A stretch of 63,587 nt of DNA, counting the filler, from Chiloscyllium plagiosum (lineage: Eukaryota): NCBI RefSeq assembly GCF_004010195.1. It is 4 parts of one record of this genome, joined end to end, with 100 filler letters (N's around TTAATTAATTAA, not from the genome) between each part and the next. Parts side by side here need not be neighbours in the genome. Positions count along the whole stretch, not along the records: positions 45,120 to 58,329 come from NC_057713.1; positions 58,430 to 63,587 come from NC_057713.1; 2 more parts are not named here. One strand, given 5' to 3'. The notes beneath the pieces were generated by a model, which saw only the letters and a list, made by a program, of their open reading frames with translations, was not told the DNA's origin and made no database searches. Position numbers and translations under genes: made by a program. Shown here in pieces: positions 50,238-63,587 of the stretch. The first letter of the stretch is position 1; each line of letters begins with the position of its first letter.

Positions 50238-52600
50238 CATAGGGTCATACAGAATGAAAACAGACCCTTCAGTTCAAACAACAGTCCATGTTCCCAAATT
50301 AACTAGTTCCACTTGCTTGTGTTTGGCCCGTGTCCTTCCAAACCTCTCATATTCATGTACTTATCCAAATGTCTTTTAAATGTTGTAACTGTACTTGCAT
50401 ATACCACTTCGTCTGGCAGTTCATTCCACACACAAACCACTCTCTGTGTAAAGAAAAGTTGCCCCTCATGTCCTTTTTGAAACTTTCTCCCCTCACTCCT
50501 AAAAATAAGTCCCCTGGTTTCGAACTCCCTCACCCTAGTGAAAATAAACGCTATTCATCTTATCCATGCCCCTCATGATTTTATAAACCTCTACCTTCTA
50601 CCCTCCAGTGAAAAAGGTCCCAGCATATCCAGCCTACATTCATATCTTAAACTCTCCATTCCTAACAATATTGTAGTAAATCACTTCTGAACCCTCTCCA
50701 ATTAAATGATATCCTTTATTTAGCAGGATGACTAGAACTACTCTAGAAGAGGTTTCACTCACATTTTGTACAACCTCAACATGATGTCCAAGCTCCGCTA
50801 CACAAAGGTCTGAGCAATGAAGGCAAGCATGCTAAATGTCTTCTTAACCAACCTATCCACCTGTGACTCAAATCTCAAAGAATTATGCAACTAAATCCCA
50901 AGGTTTCTCTGTTCTACAACACTACCCGGGCCCTACCATTAATTGTAAAAGTTCTCCCCTTGTTTGTTTTACCAAAATGCAATACCTTGGATTTATCCAA
51001 ATTAAACTCCATCTGCCACTCCTATTGACCCAACTGATTAAGATCTCTTTGTAATCTTAGATAATCTTCTTAACTATTCACTACACCAATTTTGGTGTCA
51101 TCTGCAAACCTAGTAAACATGCCTTGTATATTTTTATCCAAGTATTTTACATAAATGACAAAAAAAGTGGACCCAGTACCGATCCCTGTGGAACACCGCT
51201 GGTCACAGGCTTCCAGTTTGAAGAACAACCCGCCACCATCATCCTCTGTCACCTACTGTCAAGCCAATTTTGTATCGAATTGGTAAGTTCACCCTAAATT
51301 CCATGTGATCTAACTTTACTAATTAGTCTACCATGTGGAATCTTGTCCATGTAAGTAACATCTACCTCTCTACCCTCATTAATCTTTTTGGTTACTACCT
51401 CAGAAAACTCAATCAAGTTTATGAGATACAAAGCCCTTGCACAAAACAATGCTTTCATTAATCATTCCTTGCCTCTCCAAATGCATGTAAATCCTTTCTT
51501 TCAGAATCACCTCTAACAACCTACCCACCATTGATGTCAGATTTACAGGTCTATAGTTCCCAAGCTTCTCCTTACAGCCTTTCTTAAATAAAGGCACAAC
51601 ATTAGCCACCCTCCAGTCCTGGTTATAGCTGATACAAATATTTCTGCTTGGGACCCTATAATTACCTACCTAACTTCCCACAATGCCCTGGGATAGGTGC
51701 TGGAGATTTATTCAATTATGTTTTCTAAGACATTCAGCACTTCCTTTTGTGTAATATGACCTGTTTTCAAAACATCACAATTTATTTCCCCGAGTTGTCT
51801 TGCCTCCATTTCTTTCTCTACAGTAAAAACTAACATGAAGTATTCATTTAGTATCGCTCCCATCTCCTGAGGCTCAACACATAGATGACCATGTTGATCT
51901 TTAAAGGGCCCTATTCTCTCTCTCATCCCTCTTTTGCTCTTAATGTACTTGTAGAATTTTTTTAGATTATCCTTAACTTTATTTGCTAAGGCCATTTGGG
52001 TGGCACAGTGACTCAATGGTTAGCACTGCTGCCTCACAGCTCCAGGGATCTGGGTTTGGTTCCAGCCTTGGGCAACTGTCTGTGTGGAGTTTGCATGTTT
52101 TCCCCGTGTCTGCATGGGTTTCCTCTGGGTGCCCTAGTTTCCTCCCACAATCCAAAGATGCTAGGTGGATTGGCCATGGTAAATTGCACATACTATCCAG
52201 GGATGTATAGGCCCGGTGGATTAGCCACAGGAAATGGGGCGGTTAAAGGGGAGGGGGTTGGGATGTTCCTCAGAGGGTTGGTGTGGGCTTGATTGGCCGA
52301 ATAGCCTGTTCCACACTGCGGGTTTTCTACCCCCCTTTGCATTTCTGATTTCCCTCTTAAGAATGCCCCTACATTCTTTATACTCTTCAAGAGATTCTTA
52401 TGATCCCAACTGTGTATATCTAGTATATGATTCTTTCTTAAACTTAACAAGGACCTCAATGTCATTATTCATCTGTTGTTCCTCATCTTACCAGTTTTAC
52501 ATTTTACTCTAACAGGAACGTAATGCCTCTGAACCCTCGTTATCACTATTTATTTTGAAAGCCTCCGACTTGTCAGTAGTCCCTTTTCCTGTGAAGTTCT
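50238..52600 (-). mobile_element. Long degenerate CR1 ORF2 fragment
   Basis: ANVVPLFKKG..NYRPV, FADDTK and the 3' tail. Confidence 0.9.
51998..52322 (+). mobile_element. HE1 SINE nested in CR1
   Basis: tRNA-like head and gcctgttccacactg tail. Confidence 0.85.
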
Positions 52601-54944
52601 TCTCTCACACCATTAAAATTTACCTCACCCCAATTAAACGTTTTTAAGAATTTCATCAAATGACTCATTCTATTTTAATAGATGTATTGCAGCATGGGGA
52701 TTATAAAAGTTGTCAATTAATAATTATTGTAGCAAAATTTTAACTGTCAAAACGAATAGATTCAACATTTTTGGGACAGATACTGCTGTTGCAAAGATCT
52801 TCTATTTTGGCATTGTAGACATTTACTGACAGGAATGTTGAAGTGCCCTTGCTAGTTGAAGATTTCCATGTATCAAATTATGTACATGGTTATATGTTTC
52901 TTAATTCAAATTTAGCATTCTTTAAAAAAAAAGTAAAATACCAGAAAAAGAATAATCTTTTCATATATTTGTCCATTCACATCAAGGTAATGTCAGCTTT
53001 GGGTAGGTGAAAACATCAGGCAGGATTTTTTACTCCAGGCTGCCACGCAACATCAGACACGAGCCTATCTTCTGTGCATTTTCATCTGAATGCAGATTTT
53101 AAAAAAGCTGCCTTTCAGGTATTCAGCTGCATGCCAGGTCTCTGAGTGTCGCTTACTGATTTGTGTCATTCACTGTCTTCAATGTTTCTTTTTCTGTACG
53201 GATTCTAGGGCCTGCCTAATTACCAGTAGTGGAAGACAGACCGTTGTTTATAATTAGAAGATGCAATTGTTTTACACAGCAAGGTAGTTTATTGCATGAT
53301 AGCAATAGCTGCAGTTTCCAACAACTTGTTAGGCTTAATTACTTAAAATTATAGAAAGCAGAATATGTCTCCTTATGGGTGACGTGTACAAATGTCAATT
53401 ACTTCCATCCAAAGATTCTGACATTATCAGACTGGGTGGAACTTAATGCAATGTAAATATTAACTTCACCAGGGGCTCCCCACAAGTCTCTGACTTCACA
53501 AATGTCTGGATGTTCCATAATATTCACAGACAATGTGTTCTCCTCAGGTTGGGTGAACAGAGATTTTTTTGCTTGAGGGCTGTGGACCTTTTATCTATAA
53601 ATCAGTTCTCTGCTTTTTTTTTAATCGCTTGGATATCCTCTGCAGAAGTCATTGTTCCTCATACCAGGCTCTTGGTACATTACCTTCTGAAAAGGACCCT
53701 TCATTACCTGAATTTCCTGTGTATAGGAACCTTTCTCTGCTTACAAGATAGTTGTACCATAATCTGGGTGCACTCAAATTCATGAATGTTGATCTTGAGA
53801 CAGTTGCTTTTGTCAAAACAGGTACTTTCTTCCTTTCTGTATCCTGGATTTCAGAACGAGGAAGCAGCTTTTAATTTGATCAAATATTTTCTTCATTCCT
53901 GTATCAAAAATGTTCAGAGTAAGCTGTTTATTCTTTTCGCTGTGTCCGGAATCCATGGCATTATCTTCTTTTACCTGCAGATGGATGCAGCACATCTTCA
54001 TTCAGTTTCAGTAAATCTTTACTCTTAGTTTGTTGAAACATGTGGGTTGGAGTAAACAAGCCTTTAACTTCAACTTGTTGATTAAATTGGATGCTTTCAA
54101 TTACCTTCTGTGGTTGTTTGACTGGTGAACTACATTTCTTATAACAACATTCATGTTATTGGAAGATTGCAGCTCCCTCAGCACTGCCTTTGTCTCTGGC
54201 ATTTACTGCTATGTTTTATAGGACAGAGGATTATATATCTCCACCAGTCCTGTAAAGTCTGTGACTTCCTTTCTCTTCAGAATATGAAACAATTCTCTTA
54301 TATCAACATAAGTAATTTCATTAGATTCTTTCTTATCTTTGCATTTCCTGCCATGAATCTAGGAAGCTCAATTAAATTTTCTCCCTGTTGCTCTCTGGTT
54401 GGTTGACAACAGTTTGTTTCTGAGTTAGTTGTTCTCTTGGCTCTACTTGATCCATTACTTAAAAAGGGAAGGAAGAAATGAGATGACCGCTCAGTTCAAC
54501 ATCAGTTTTAATTCTGATAAAATTTTCATAGAAACAGAGTAACTTGGTTAAACATGAACTGGTCAAAAATTGTGATTTACTGTAATTGTGAATTTGTGAA
54601 GGGCGGGACATGTTGGACTGATACAGTTGAAATTTTTAAGGTTGTTAAAAAGCATGTTAAGTAAGAGCACATCCATTCAATTTTTAATTCAAACTGGAGA
54701 TATGACATTATTAGACAATTCAGCAATTATTGACTACTTAAGTTGACCCTTTTTTTGAGCTGCTGTAGTCCATATAGTGAACCTACTGTCAAATAATGTT
54801 CGGCAGGGAACTCCAATAGTTTGATCTTAGTGGAACTGTAGGAACAACATCCAATCTGGGATAGGACATGAATTAAAAAGACAACAGGGTAGTTCCAGTA
54901 GAGGTTTCAGTGGAACATATCTTGTCACATACCACTGAGCAGAA

Positions 54945-55230
54945 AATGTTTCCTTTAATTTTAATGTCTAAACTCAACCACATGGACACAAATTCTTTCT
55001 GTTTGCAAAGGATAGGGTGCGGCAGGTGAATATATGTAATTTCTACCACACATAAGTGAGTCAGATTGTGGGTCTGACTGATAATCAGAAAGGGGTTATT
55101 AGTGTAATTCTGAGCACAGTTGGAGATGTTTAGCAAGTGTTGATCTATCAAGGAATCATACTTAATATTGGACACAAGTAAACTCTGAGTTTTGCAAGCA
55201 CAGGGCTGGTAGGGTACAGCTAGGACTCTG
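54945..55230 (-). mobile_element. Old PLE GIY-YIG C-terminal remnant (distinct family)
   Basis: SLIDQHLLN..CAQNY..F.II..L..VE.TYI..P.LCKQKEFV. Confidence 0.6.
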
Positions 55231-55719
55231 CCTATTGCAAACAACCAAAGGGCATGCAGTTTGATGTGATCTGCCAGTTATTGGGATAAATGACCTACAT
55301 GCCAGGCAAGATATGCCACCACTGAAGTTAATATGCCACAATACTCATTGTGATAAGAGGAACATATTTTTGGCTGGATAGCAGTATCTTGTTATTGAAA
55401 ACTGCTGCATATGTTGCTACTGCAACCTGATTGATTGGCTTCACAACCATGATTATCCTATCTCTTCACTGCCAATGCACATAGTGGCAATGTGTACCAT
55501 CTACAAGATGTGCCATTTGTACCAACTTATCAAGACTCCTTAGAGTACTTTTCAAACACCTGACCACTATCATCTAGAAGGATAAGAGCAACACCACTGC
55601 CAATTTCATCCTGACTTGGAAATATATTGCAGTTGCTTCAGTGTCACCGGGTAAACATCCTGGAATTCCCTCCCTAAAGAAATTGTGGGTCTACCAGCAA
55701 TAAGTGAACTGAAGTCATT

Positions 55720-55968
55720 CGACCTAAGGGGAAACTTTTACACGCAGAGGGTGGTGCATGTATGGAATGAGCTGCCAGAAGAAGTGGTGGAGGCTGGTAG
55801 AATTATAACATTTAAAAGGCATCTGGGTGAGTTTATGAATATGAAAGCTTTAGAGGGATATGAGCCAAGTGCTGGCAAATGGGACTACATTAATTTAGAA
55901 TATCTGGTCGGCATGGATGAGTTGGACTGAAGGGTCTGAAGCTGTGTTATACATCTCTATGACTCTAA
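55720..55968 (+). mobile_element. CR1/HER1 3' end nested in an older LINE tail
   Basis: DLRGNFYTQRVVHVWNELP. Confidence 0.85.
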
Positions 55969-57383
55969 GAAGACAGCTCAACAACACTTTCTGAAGGACA
56001 AGTAGGGACAAGCAATAAATGCTTGTCCAGCAATAACGCCCACTTTCCACGCTTAAATAAAAATAAAGTAGCGGCATGAAAAAGCTAGCTTCACCTGTTA
56101 CTCAAATTTTTGAGGTACTTTCTTTTTTAAAGTACCTGCAAAAGACTGGAAACTTATCAGGACTTTCAGGAGAGTGGAAGCTTTAGACACACTCATGAGT
56201 TTATGTCATTAGATTTGATATTCTTCTGATCCTATCCTCATGAGACAAGACAACAAGCTTTGACTCAATGTCTCTTTTTCTCAGCAATGCCTCAATGACC
56301 AAGCAACTATTTGTGGAGGTTTTCTGTACAGGTTTTCTGAAGGTATTTGATTAAGCTTTGTGCATGAGATTATTCACAAACATAAGAATGCATGGAGTTG
56401 AGGATAATTGGTTAGTGGTTTGGAGGCTGGATTTAGACATTAAAAGTAAAGGAAATATTCTCTGCTTTTTGAGATGTGACAAGCTGTGTTCAGTTGAAAT
56501 CTCTACTGGGACCTAAGCTTTCAATATAAATATTAATATCTTGATGAAGAAATACCATACTATATACTGGTAGATGATGCCAAGTTAGAAGGTACCATAA
56601 ATTTATAAAGTGCAGCAGTAGGTTACAAAGGAACATTGAATAATTGAGTGGAAAAAATGACTGCAAATGGTGTGCAACATTAGAACATAAGAACTCATAC
56701 TAATTGGATCCAAAAAGAACTGATTGGATCAGTGTCTTAGTATTGAGTGACCAGGAGCTGTGGAGAAGCAAAAGTTTTGGATGTTTGTATGCTAGTACTG
56801 GTGCAAATGTGCAAAACATACAGAGAAATCAATGCAAACAGATGGTTCCAAAACAATGCACTTCTCAAATGCAATCAAATTTACTGACCCAAATAATCTA
56901 ACACAATAACATTTTCAAATGCCACTCTTAAAATCACAGTTTCTCACAAATTTTGAATTGCTAACATCCTTCTGTACATCAAGACTTTGACCCTTAAAAC
57001 ATAGAGAACAGTTTGACATCATGCATCAAGATGTTTCAAGTTCAAACTGTATCTAAGCCTGAAGATAATTATGATGGATAAGCTGTTACTAGATTCCTTT
57101 TTATTGCTGGTAGAAGAAGGATTTGAAATCCTCCTGGAGCTGATTTTCCAGGCAGTCCTTAGTGTTTAAATCTAGTCTAAACTAAATCTCTGAGAGTTGT
57201 ACATTGTGTTCAACGTGAGAAAGTTTGAATCTTACATGTAATTGCTTCCAGTATATACCATACCCATTTTGAAAGTAGGCATATTAGTCTCAAAACTTGT
57301 CATTTCCTGAGATAAGACCTAAGAAATTGGAGCAGGAATAGGTCAAGTGGCCCATTGAGCCTACCATGCCTTTCAAACAGAAA

Positions 57384-58329
57384 GAGTCATAGAGTCATAG
57401 AGATGTACAGCATGAAAACAGACCCTTCAGTCCAATCCGTCCATGCCAACCAGATATCCCAAACTAATCGAGTCCTACCTGCCAGCACCGGCCCATATCC
57501 CTCCAAACCATTCCTATTCATACATCCATCCAAATACCTCTTAAATGTTGCAATTGTATCAGCCTCCACCACACCCTCTGGCAGCTCATTCCATACACGT
57601 ACTACCCTGTGCGTGAAAAGGTTGCCCCTTAGGTCTCTTTTATATCTTTCCTCTCTCACCCTAAACCTATGCCCTCTAGTTCTGGACTCCCCAACTCCAG
57701 GGAAAAGACTTTGACTATTCGCACTATCCATGCCCCTCATAATTTTGTAAACCTCTATAAGGTCACCCCTCAGCCTCCGACGCTCCGGGGAAAACAGCCC
57801 CAGCCTGTTCAGCCTCTTCCTGTAGCTCAGATCCTCTAACTCTGGGAGCATCCTTGTAAGTCTTTTCTGAACCCCTTCAACTTTCACAACATCTTTCCGA
57901 TAGGAAGGAGACCAGAATTGCACACAATATTCCAACAGTGGCCTAACCAATGTCCTGTACAGCCGCAACATGGCCTCCAAACTCCTGTACTCAATACTCT
58001 GACCAATAAATGAAAGCATACCAAACGCCTTCTTCACTATCCTATCTACCAGCGACCACTTTCAAGGAGATATGAACCTGCACTCCAAGGTCTCTTTGTT
58101 TAGCAACACTCCCTAGGACCTTAACATTAAGTGTATAAGTCCTGCTAAGATTTGCTTTCCCAAAATGCAGCATCTCGCATTTATCTGAATTAAACTCCAT
58201 CTCCCACTTCTCAGCCCATTGGCCCATCTGGTCCAGATCCTGTTGTAATCTGAGGTAACCCTCTTCGCTGTCCACTATACCTCCAATTTTGGTGTCATCT
58301 GCAAACTTACTAACTGTACCTCTTATGCT
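57384..58329 (-). mobile_element. Young CR1/HER1 LINE fragment
   Basis: ORFs 57387-58037 and 58042-58275, FADDTK. Confidence 0.92.
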
Positions 58330-58429
58330 NNNNNNNNNNNNNNNNNNNNNNNNNNNNNNNNNNNNNNNNNNNNTTAATTAATTAANNNNNNNNNNNNNNN
58401 NNNNNNNNNNNNNNNNNNNNNNNNNNNNN

Positions 58430-58465
58430 ATTCCTGAAGAAGGGCTTATGCCCGAAACGTCGATT
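58430..58465 (+). ncRNA. Minimal hammerhead motif in a PLE terminus (58430-58558)
   Basis: ATTC-CTGAAGA-A-GGGC-TTAT-GCCC-GAAA-CGTC-GATT: intact core, GUC triplet and ACGT palindrome; stem I is weak. Confidence 0.6.
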
Positions 58466-58559
58466 CTCCTGCTCCTTGGATGCTGCCTGACCTGCTGCGC
58501 TTTTCCAGCAACACATTTTCAGCTCTGATCTCCAGCATCTGCAGTCCTCACTTTCTCCA

Positions 58560-58938
58560 TAAAGTTGAGGAGGCAAGGATCTGACAGAACTTTAGAGGTT
58601 TACAAGGTAACCAGGAAGGAATTGAAGAATGGACTTAGGAGAGCTAGAAGGGAGCATGAAAAGCTTGAGCGGGTAGGATTAAGGAAAAACCTAAGATATT
58701 CTACACTTGTGTGAGGAACAAAAGGATGGCCAGCGTGTGGGTAGGGCTGATTAGGGATAGTGGAAGGAACTTGCACCTGGAGTTGGAGGATTTAGGGGAC
58801 ATCGTTAATGAATACTTTGCTTCAGTATTCACTACTGAGAGGGACCATGATGTTTCTGAGGGCAGCTTGAACAGCTTGATGTTAGGAAGGAGGATGCGCT
58901 AAAAAAGTTTTTAAAAAAAGGACAGATAAATTCCCTGG
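58560..58938 (+). mobile_element. CR1 ORF2 linker fragment; the element resumes at about 60220-60730
   Basis: VNEYFASVFT. Confidence 0.75.
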
Positions 58939-59988
58939 AAAGATTGTCGTAGAACTCGTCCTTTGTATCTGGCATGGAGGACAATGTCGGGGCATACACG
59001 CTGACAAGGGTGACCAGGCCTGTGGTGGTGTTGAGGCGAAGAGTCATGAGTTGTTCTGAGCCATAGTTCTGTTGTGTTCATCAGGGTATTATTTATTGCA
59101 AAGCCGATTCCATGCTCTCTGGGCTCATTCGAGCCCTTCCCCAGCTAGTAAAACATATAGAACTTCTATTTCAGTGAGCCCGCCTCTGCCAGCCTTGTTT
59201 CCTGGAGGGCAGCTATGCCCACATTGAGTCTCTTGAGCTCGTTATTTATGACAGCAGATTTCCAAGAGTCGATGATGTCCTGAAGGTTTTCTGAGAGGTT
59301 GTTCATTATTGTCTGGATGTTCCAATTTCCCAGTTTTAGAGGTGGTCTCTTTAGTTGTTTTCTTTTGTTGCTTGGTGCAGTGATTGCAATCTGCTGTTTG
59401 GATAATTCCTAATCCCCATGTACTCAGTGAGGATAGCAGATTATGGCAGGACTGCATCTTACTAGCTGGAGCTGCCCAGCTTGAGGCGGGTGTTAGCTGT
59501 CCAGTGGGATCTGAAAATTTGTCCCACCGTCAGGGGCAACCCCTGGCATCGCGCTGTGTGGCAGTTTAGTGATGACTTAAAAGCGGTATCTGCTGCCTCC
59601 CCCATGTTGTGTTGACACTGCATGCGAAGCTGGAGTGTCCTCTCCAGGTGCAGTGTTGGTAGGATGCAAGCCTAGGTGGTGTGGCATGGAGAACAAGCTG
59701 TTGCCCATGAAGCACCTTCTCCCCTCTCCACGACACAAATTAATCCAAAGGAACAGGAAAGATGTTACAGTTGTTACCATTGCAGGAGCTGCCAGAACAA
59801 GGTTGTAGATGACAACAAACTGCCTTCGGGGCCCCGGCACCAGATTTTTCCTCGAGGTTTACTCCTAACGCTTTTCCCATGTGTGGGTCTGACCGCAAGG
59901 CAGCAGAGATTTGACACCAAAGTTTTCCTTCTCCTTGCTAGGAAGCAGCCCGCCCCGGGGGTCGGGAGTTGAGTGGTAGGACAAGGTA
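58935..59988 (-). mobile_element. RTE-clade LINE 5' part (5' UTR plus AP endonuclease N-terminus)
   Basis: LNVGIAALQETRL..HGIGFAI..MTLRL..VTLVSVYAPT..KDEFYDNL. Confidence 0.85.
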
Positions 59989-60175
59989 TCTCCTAACTGT
60001 CCTTATCCACATCTCTCCTAACGTTCCTTACCACATCTCTCTCAACCCTCCTTATGCACATCGCTCCCAATCCTCCTATGCACATCTCTCCTAACCCTCC
60101 TTATCCACATGTCTTCTAAATCACCTCATCCACATGTCTTCTAAACCTCCTTATCCACATCACTCCTAACCCACT
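59988..60175. repeat. Degenerate minisatellite, unit about 26-28 bp (ctcctaaccctccttatccacat), about 7 copies
   Basis: Visible tandem repeat. Confidence 0.8.
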
Positions 60176-61546
60176 CTCTGTTCACCTCCTCCTCTCACTG
60201 GTCACCTCTCTCTTGTCTAAGAGCCGTAAAGTTATGCTGCAGCTTTATGGGGCCCTGGTTAGACCACAGTTGGGATATTGTGTTCAGCTTTAGAGGAGAT
60301 TTACCAGGATGCTGCCTGGACTGAAGCTCATGACTTATGAAGATAGGTTGAGGGAACTAGAGCTTTTCTCATTGGAGTGAAGAAAGATGAGAGAAAGGTG
60401 TACAAGATGATAAGGCATAGATGGATATCCAGAGACTTCTTCCCATGGTGGCATTGTCTATCATGAGGGGGCATAGTTTTAAGGTAATTGGAGGAAGGTT
60501 TAGGGGAGAGGTGGGTTCTTTACTCAGGGAGTGGTGGGTGCATGGAATGCGCTTCCAGCAGTGATAGGAGAGTCAGATATATTAGGGACATTTAAGTGAC
60601 TCTTGGATAAGCACGTGGAAGTTAGTACAATGAAGGGTATGTCGGTTAGTCTGATCTTAGAATAGGATAAAAGGCTGGCACAACATCGAAGGCTGAAGGG
60701 CCTATACTGCGCTGTACTTTCTTTGTTCTAGTTATACATAATAGGAAATTATATTGCCAAAGTATTTTCATTTTGAACTAACCTTTGTTGACAATGTGCA
60801 AATGCAATTTATAGGCTGTTATGGACCAGGCCAAAACACATCAAAACATTTCAAGAAAGTAGCCCAGGCCCTAACTTTGTTAGTTATTGTAAACAGGTGT
60901 ATAGTGAATATTCAAGAAATGATGCAGCTGGCCCAACCACTTAGATTTAAACAAAAGAGAATTTATTGCAATTGTGGCTATACAGGCAATTGATTAGGCC
61001 ACTATTGGAACACTGCATTCAATTCTGGTCTCCCTGTTATGGGAAGGATGCTGTGAAACTAGGAAGGGTTCAGGAAAGATTTTTAAGTCTGTTGCTCGGG
61101 TCGGAATGTTTGAGATATAGGGAGAGACTGAATAGGCCGGGGCTATTTTCCCTGGAGTTTGAAGGGTGAGGGGTGATCTGATAGAGGTTATAGAGACCCA
61201 AGGGGCAAGATTTCCACACACCCCTACAGACACACACACTCCGACACTCACACATGCACCCCCTCACAGACTTAGACACTTTACACTCACATTCATATAC
61301 ATATACACTCTCAAACTCACAACCCCCCACCCCAGACAGACATACATACACGCACAGACACACACATATATGTTTATGGGGTGAATTTGTACTTGCAGAG
61401 GCACAGTGTACTTTGCTCAAAAACTGCATGAATTCATGTAAAACTCTGTTAACTCACTTTTTAGATTAAAGTCAGTCTAAACATTATGGCACAAACAGAG
61501 AACACAGGGGTCTAACACCTTCAACTTATTTTCTGGCTAACACCAA

Positions 61547-62965
61547 TCATAGAGTCAAAGAGATGTACAGCATGGAAACAGATCTTTCGGTCCAACCTGT
61601 CCATACTGACCAGATATCCCAACCCAATCTAGTCCCACCTGCCAGCACCCGGCCCATATCCCTCCAAACCCTTCCTATTTATATACCCATCCAAATGTCT
61701 CCTAAATGTTGCAATTGTACCAGCCTCCACCACATCCTCTGGCAGCTCAATACATACATGTATCATCCTCTGCATGAAAAGGTTGCTCCTTAGGTCTCTT
61801 TTATATCTTTCCCCTCTCACCCTAAACCTATGCCCTTTAGTTCTGAACTCCCCGACTCTAGGGAAAAGACTTTGACTATTTATCCTATCCATACCCCTCA
61901 TATTTTCGTAAACCTCTATAAGGTCACCCCTCAGCCTCCGACGCTCCAGGGAAAACAGTCCCAGCCTGTTCAGTCTCTCCCTATAGCTCAAATCCTCCAA
62001 CCCTGGCAACATTCTTGTAAATCTTTTCTGAACCCTTTCAAGTTTCACAACATCCTTCCGATAGGAAGGAGACCAGAATTGCACGCAATATTCCAATAGT
62101 GGCATAACCAATGTCCTGTACAGCCGCAACATGACCTCCCAACTCCTGTACTCAATACTCTGACCAATAAATGAAAGTATACCAAACACCTTCTTCACTA
62201 TCCTATCGACCTGCGACTCCACTTCCAAGGAATTATGAGCTTGCACTCCAAGGTCTTTTTGTTCAGCAACACTCCCTAGGATCTTACAATTAATGTATAA
62301 GTCCTGCAAAGATTTGCTTTTCCAAAATGCAGCACCTCACATTTATCTAAATCAAATTCCATCTGCCACTCATCAGCCATTGGCCCACCTGATCAAGATT
62401 CTGTTGTAGCCTGAGGTTACCTTCTTTGCTGTCCACTACACCTCTAATTTTGGTGTCATCTGCAAACTTACTAACTACAGAAGCGTGTCCCAATGCATGG
62501 CTAACTATGTGATCCAGCATCAATTATCTGGTATTTGATTAACTGAACTTCGGATCACCTGAACAAGATCAGAAGGTCCCGATTGTGGCTAACTATGTGA
62601 TCCGGCATCAATTATCGAGCATTCGATTAACTGAATGAACGACTCTCTGCCTGTGTCCTTCAGATAATCGAGTTTCCTCTATATACCTCTTATGCTCACA
62701 TCCAAATCATTTATGTAAATTACAAAAAGTAGCGGACCCAGCACCGATCCTTGTGGCACTCCACTGGTCACAGGCCTCCAGTCTGAAAAACAACCCTCCA
62801 CCACCACCCTCTATTTTTGACCTTTGAGTCAATTCTGTATCCAAGTTCTCCCTATATTCTATGAGATCTAACCTTGCTAATCAATCTCCCATGAGGAACC
62901 TTGTCAAACACCTTATTGAAATCCATATAGATCACGTCTACCGCTCTGCCCTCATTAATGTTCTT
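61547..62965 (-). mobile_element. Young CR1/HER1 LINE interrupted by a MITE
   Basis: ORF 61629-62309; the RT continues at 62684-62965 ([10 protein letters not shown]). Confidence 0.92.
62478..62681. mobile_element. TA-targeting Tc1/mariner-pogo-type MITE
   Basis: TA duplicated at 62476-62477 and 62682-62683 inside the CR1; right end gataatcgagtttcctct; about 50-bp internal direct repeat. Confidence 0.6.
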
Positions 62966-63452
62966 GTCTAATTGTCTTGTCTGTAAATAACCAAAGAGGG
63001 GGAGATTGGAATTAGAGCAAATTAGTTTGCTTCTCTATCTGGACAAGTTAGATGACTGTGTTTCGACTGTGTTGTACTACTCCCTGTGATGTTGACTGAT
63101 TATTGTGTCCAAAGTTGCAAAAATATCAGTTTCTCATTATCTTTATTTCATGGAGTATGTGCTATAAAATTATTGAGCACTGACCTCTCACTTAGTGCTA
63201 ACTCTGCAATATTCCTACAAGGGTTGAGTTTTAAAGGAGCACTGAGATTGACTCTATGCTGTTTGAACTAATGGCCAGAAGCAAAGCTCAGAAAAGAAAA
63301 CAGCAAAAAAACGAGGAATTAGACAAAATTGTGGCTGGATAGTATAGAGATTAATATCTAAAATTGTTGATGGCAAGATTAAACATGAATGAATGTCACA
63401 CCAACAGAGGCCCATAGCTGAGAACAAGATTTACTCTACACTGTCTATTCCT

Positions 63453-63587
63453 GTCAAGATTAGAGTGGTGCTGGAAAAGCACAGCAAGTCAGGCAGCATC
63501 CAAGGAGAAGGAAAAAAATTGACCTTTAGGGCCTAGGCCCTTCATCTGGAATGGGGATCCCTCAGGATCCCTCATTCCTATTGAAGG
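63453..63587. mobile_element. Palindromic PLE-terminus element cut by the window end
   Basis: Same left arm as 39857-39950; centre gaatggggatcc..ggatccctcattc. Confidence 0.7.

Noticed and set aside
59988..60175. Tandem array as a possible CRISPR-like structure
   Set aside because: There are no unique spacers; it is an ordinary degenerate minisatellite in a vertebrate genome.

Overview
Repeat-rich vertebrate DNA, almost certainly from a shark. It is dense in CR1/HER1-type LINE 3' fragments, HE1 tRNA-derived SINEs and Penelope-like elements (PLEs), with one Tx1 fragment, one RTE fragment, a solo LTR and a TA-targeting MITE. Two host genes diverge across about 17 kb of TEs. One is an RNF41/NRDP1-like RING E3 gene (minus strand, coding exon 2213-2418, RFX-box promoter near 5.3 kb). 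The other is RAD54B (plus strand, first coding exon 22432-22551), whose large early intron appears to fill the rest of the window. The main discovery is an intact two-exon nested gene inside that intron (35873-36561 + 40363-40918, 414 aa). It joins a TIGD3-like pogo/Tigger CENP-B DNA-binding module lacking the DDE core in frame to an exon homologous to the C-terminal half of FSBP. In mammals FSBP is nested in RAD54B but begins with a Myb/SANT domain, and no such exon is visible here, suggesting a DNA-binding-domain swap between two transposon-derived genes. A second theme is several PLE families carrying minimal hammerhead-ribozyme cores, including short palindromic insertions with target-site duplications. 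All protein identities rest on recalled homologue sequences, not database searches.
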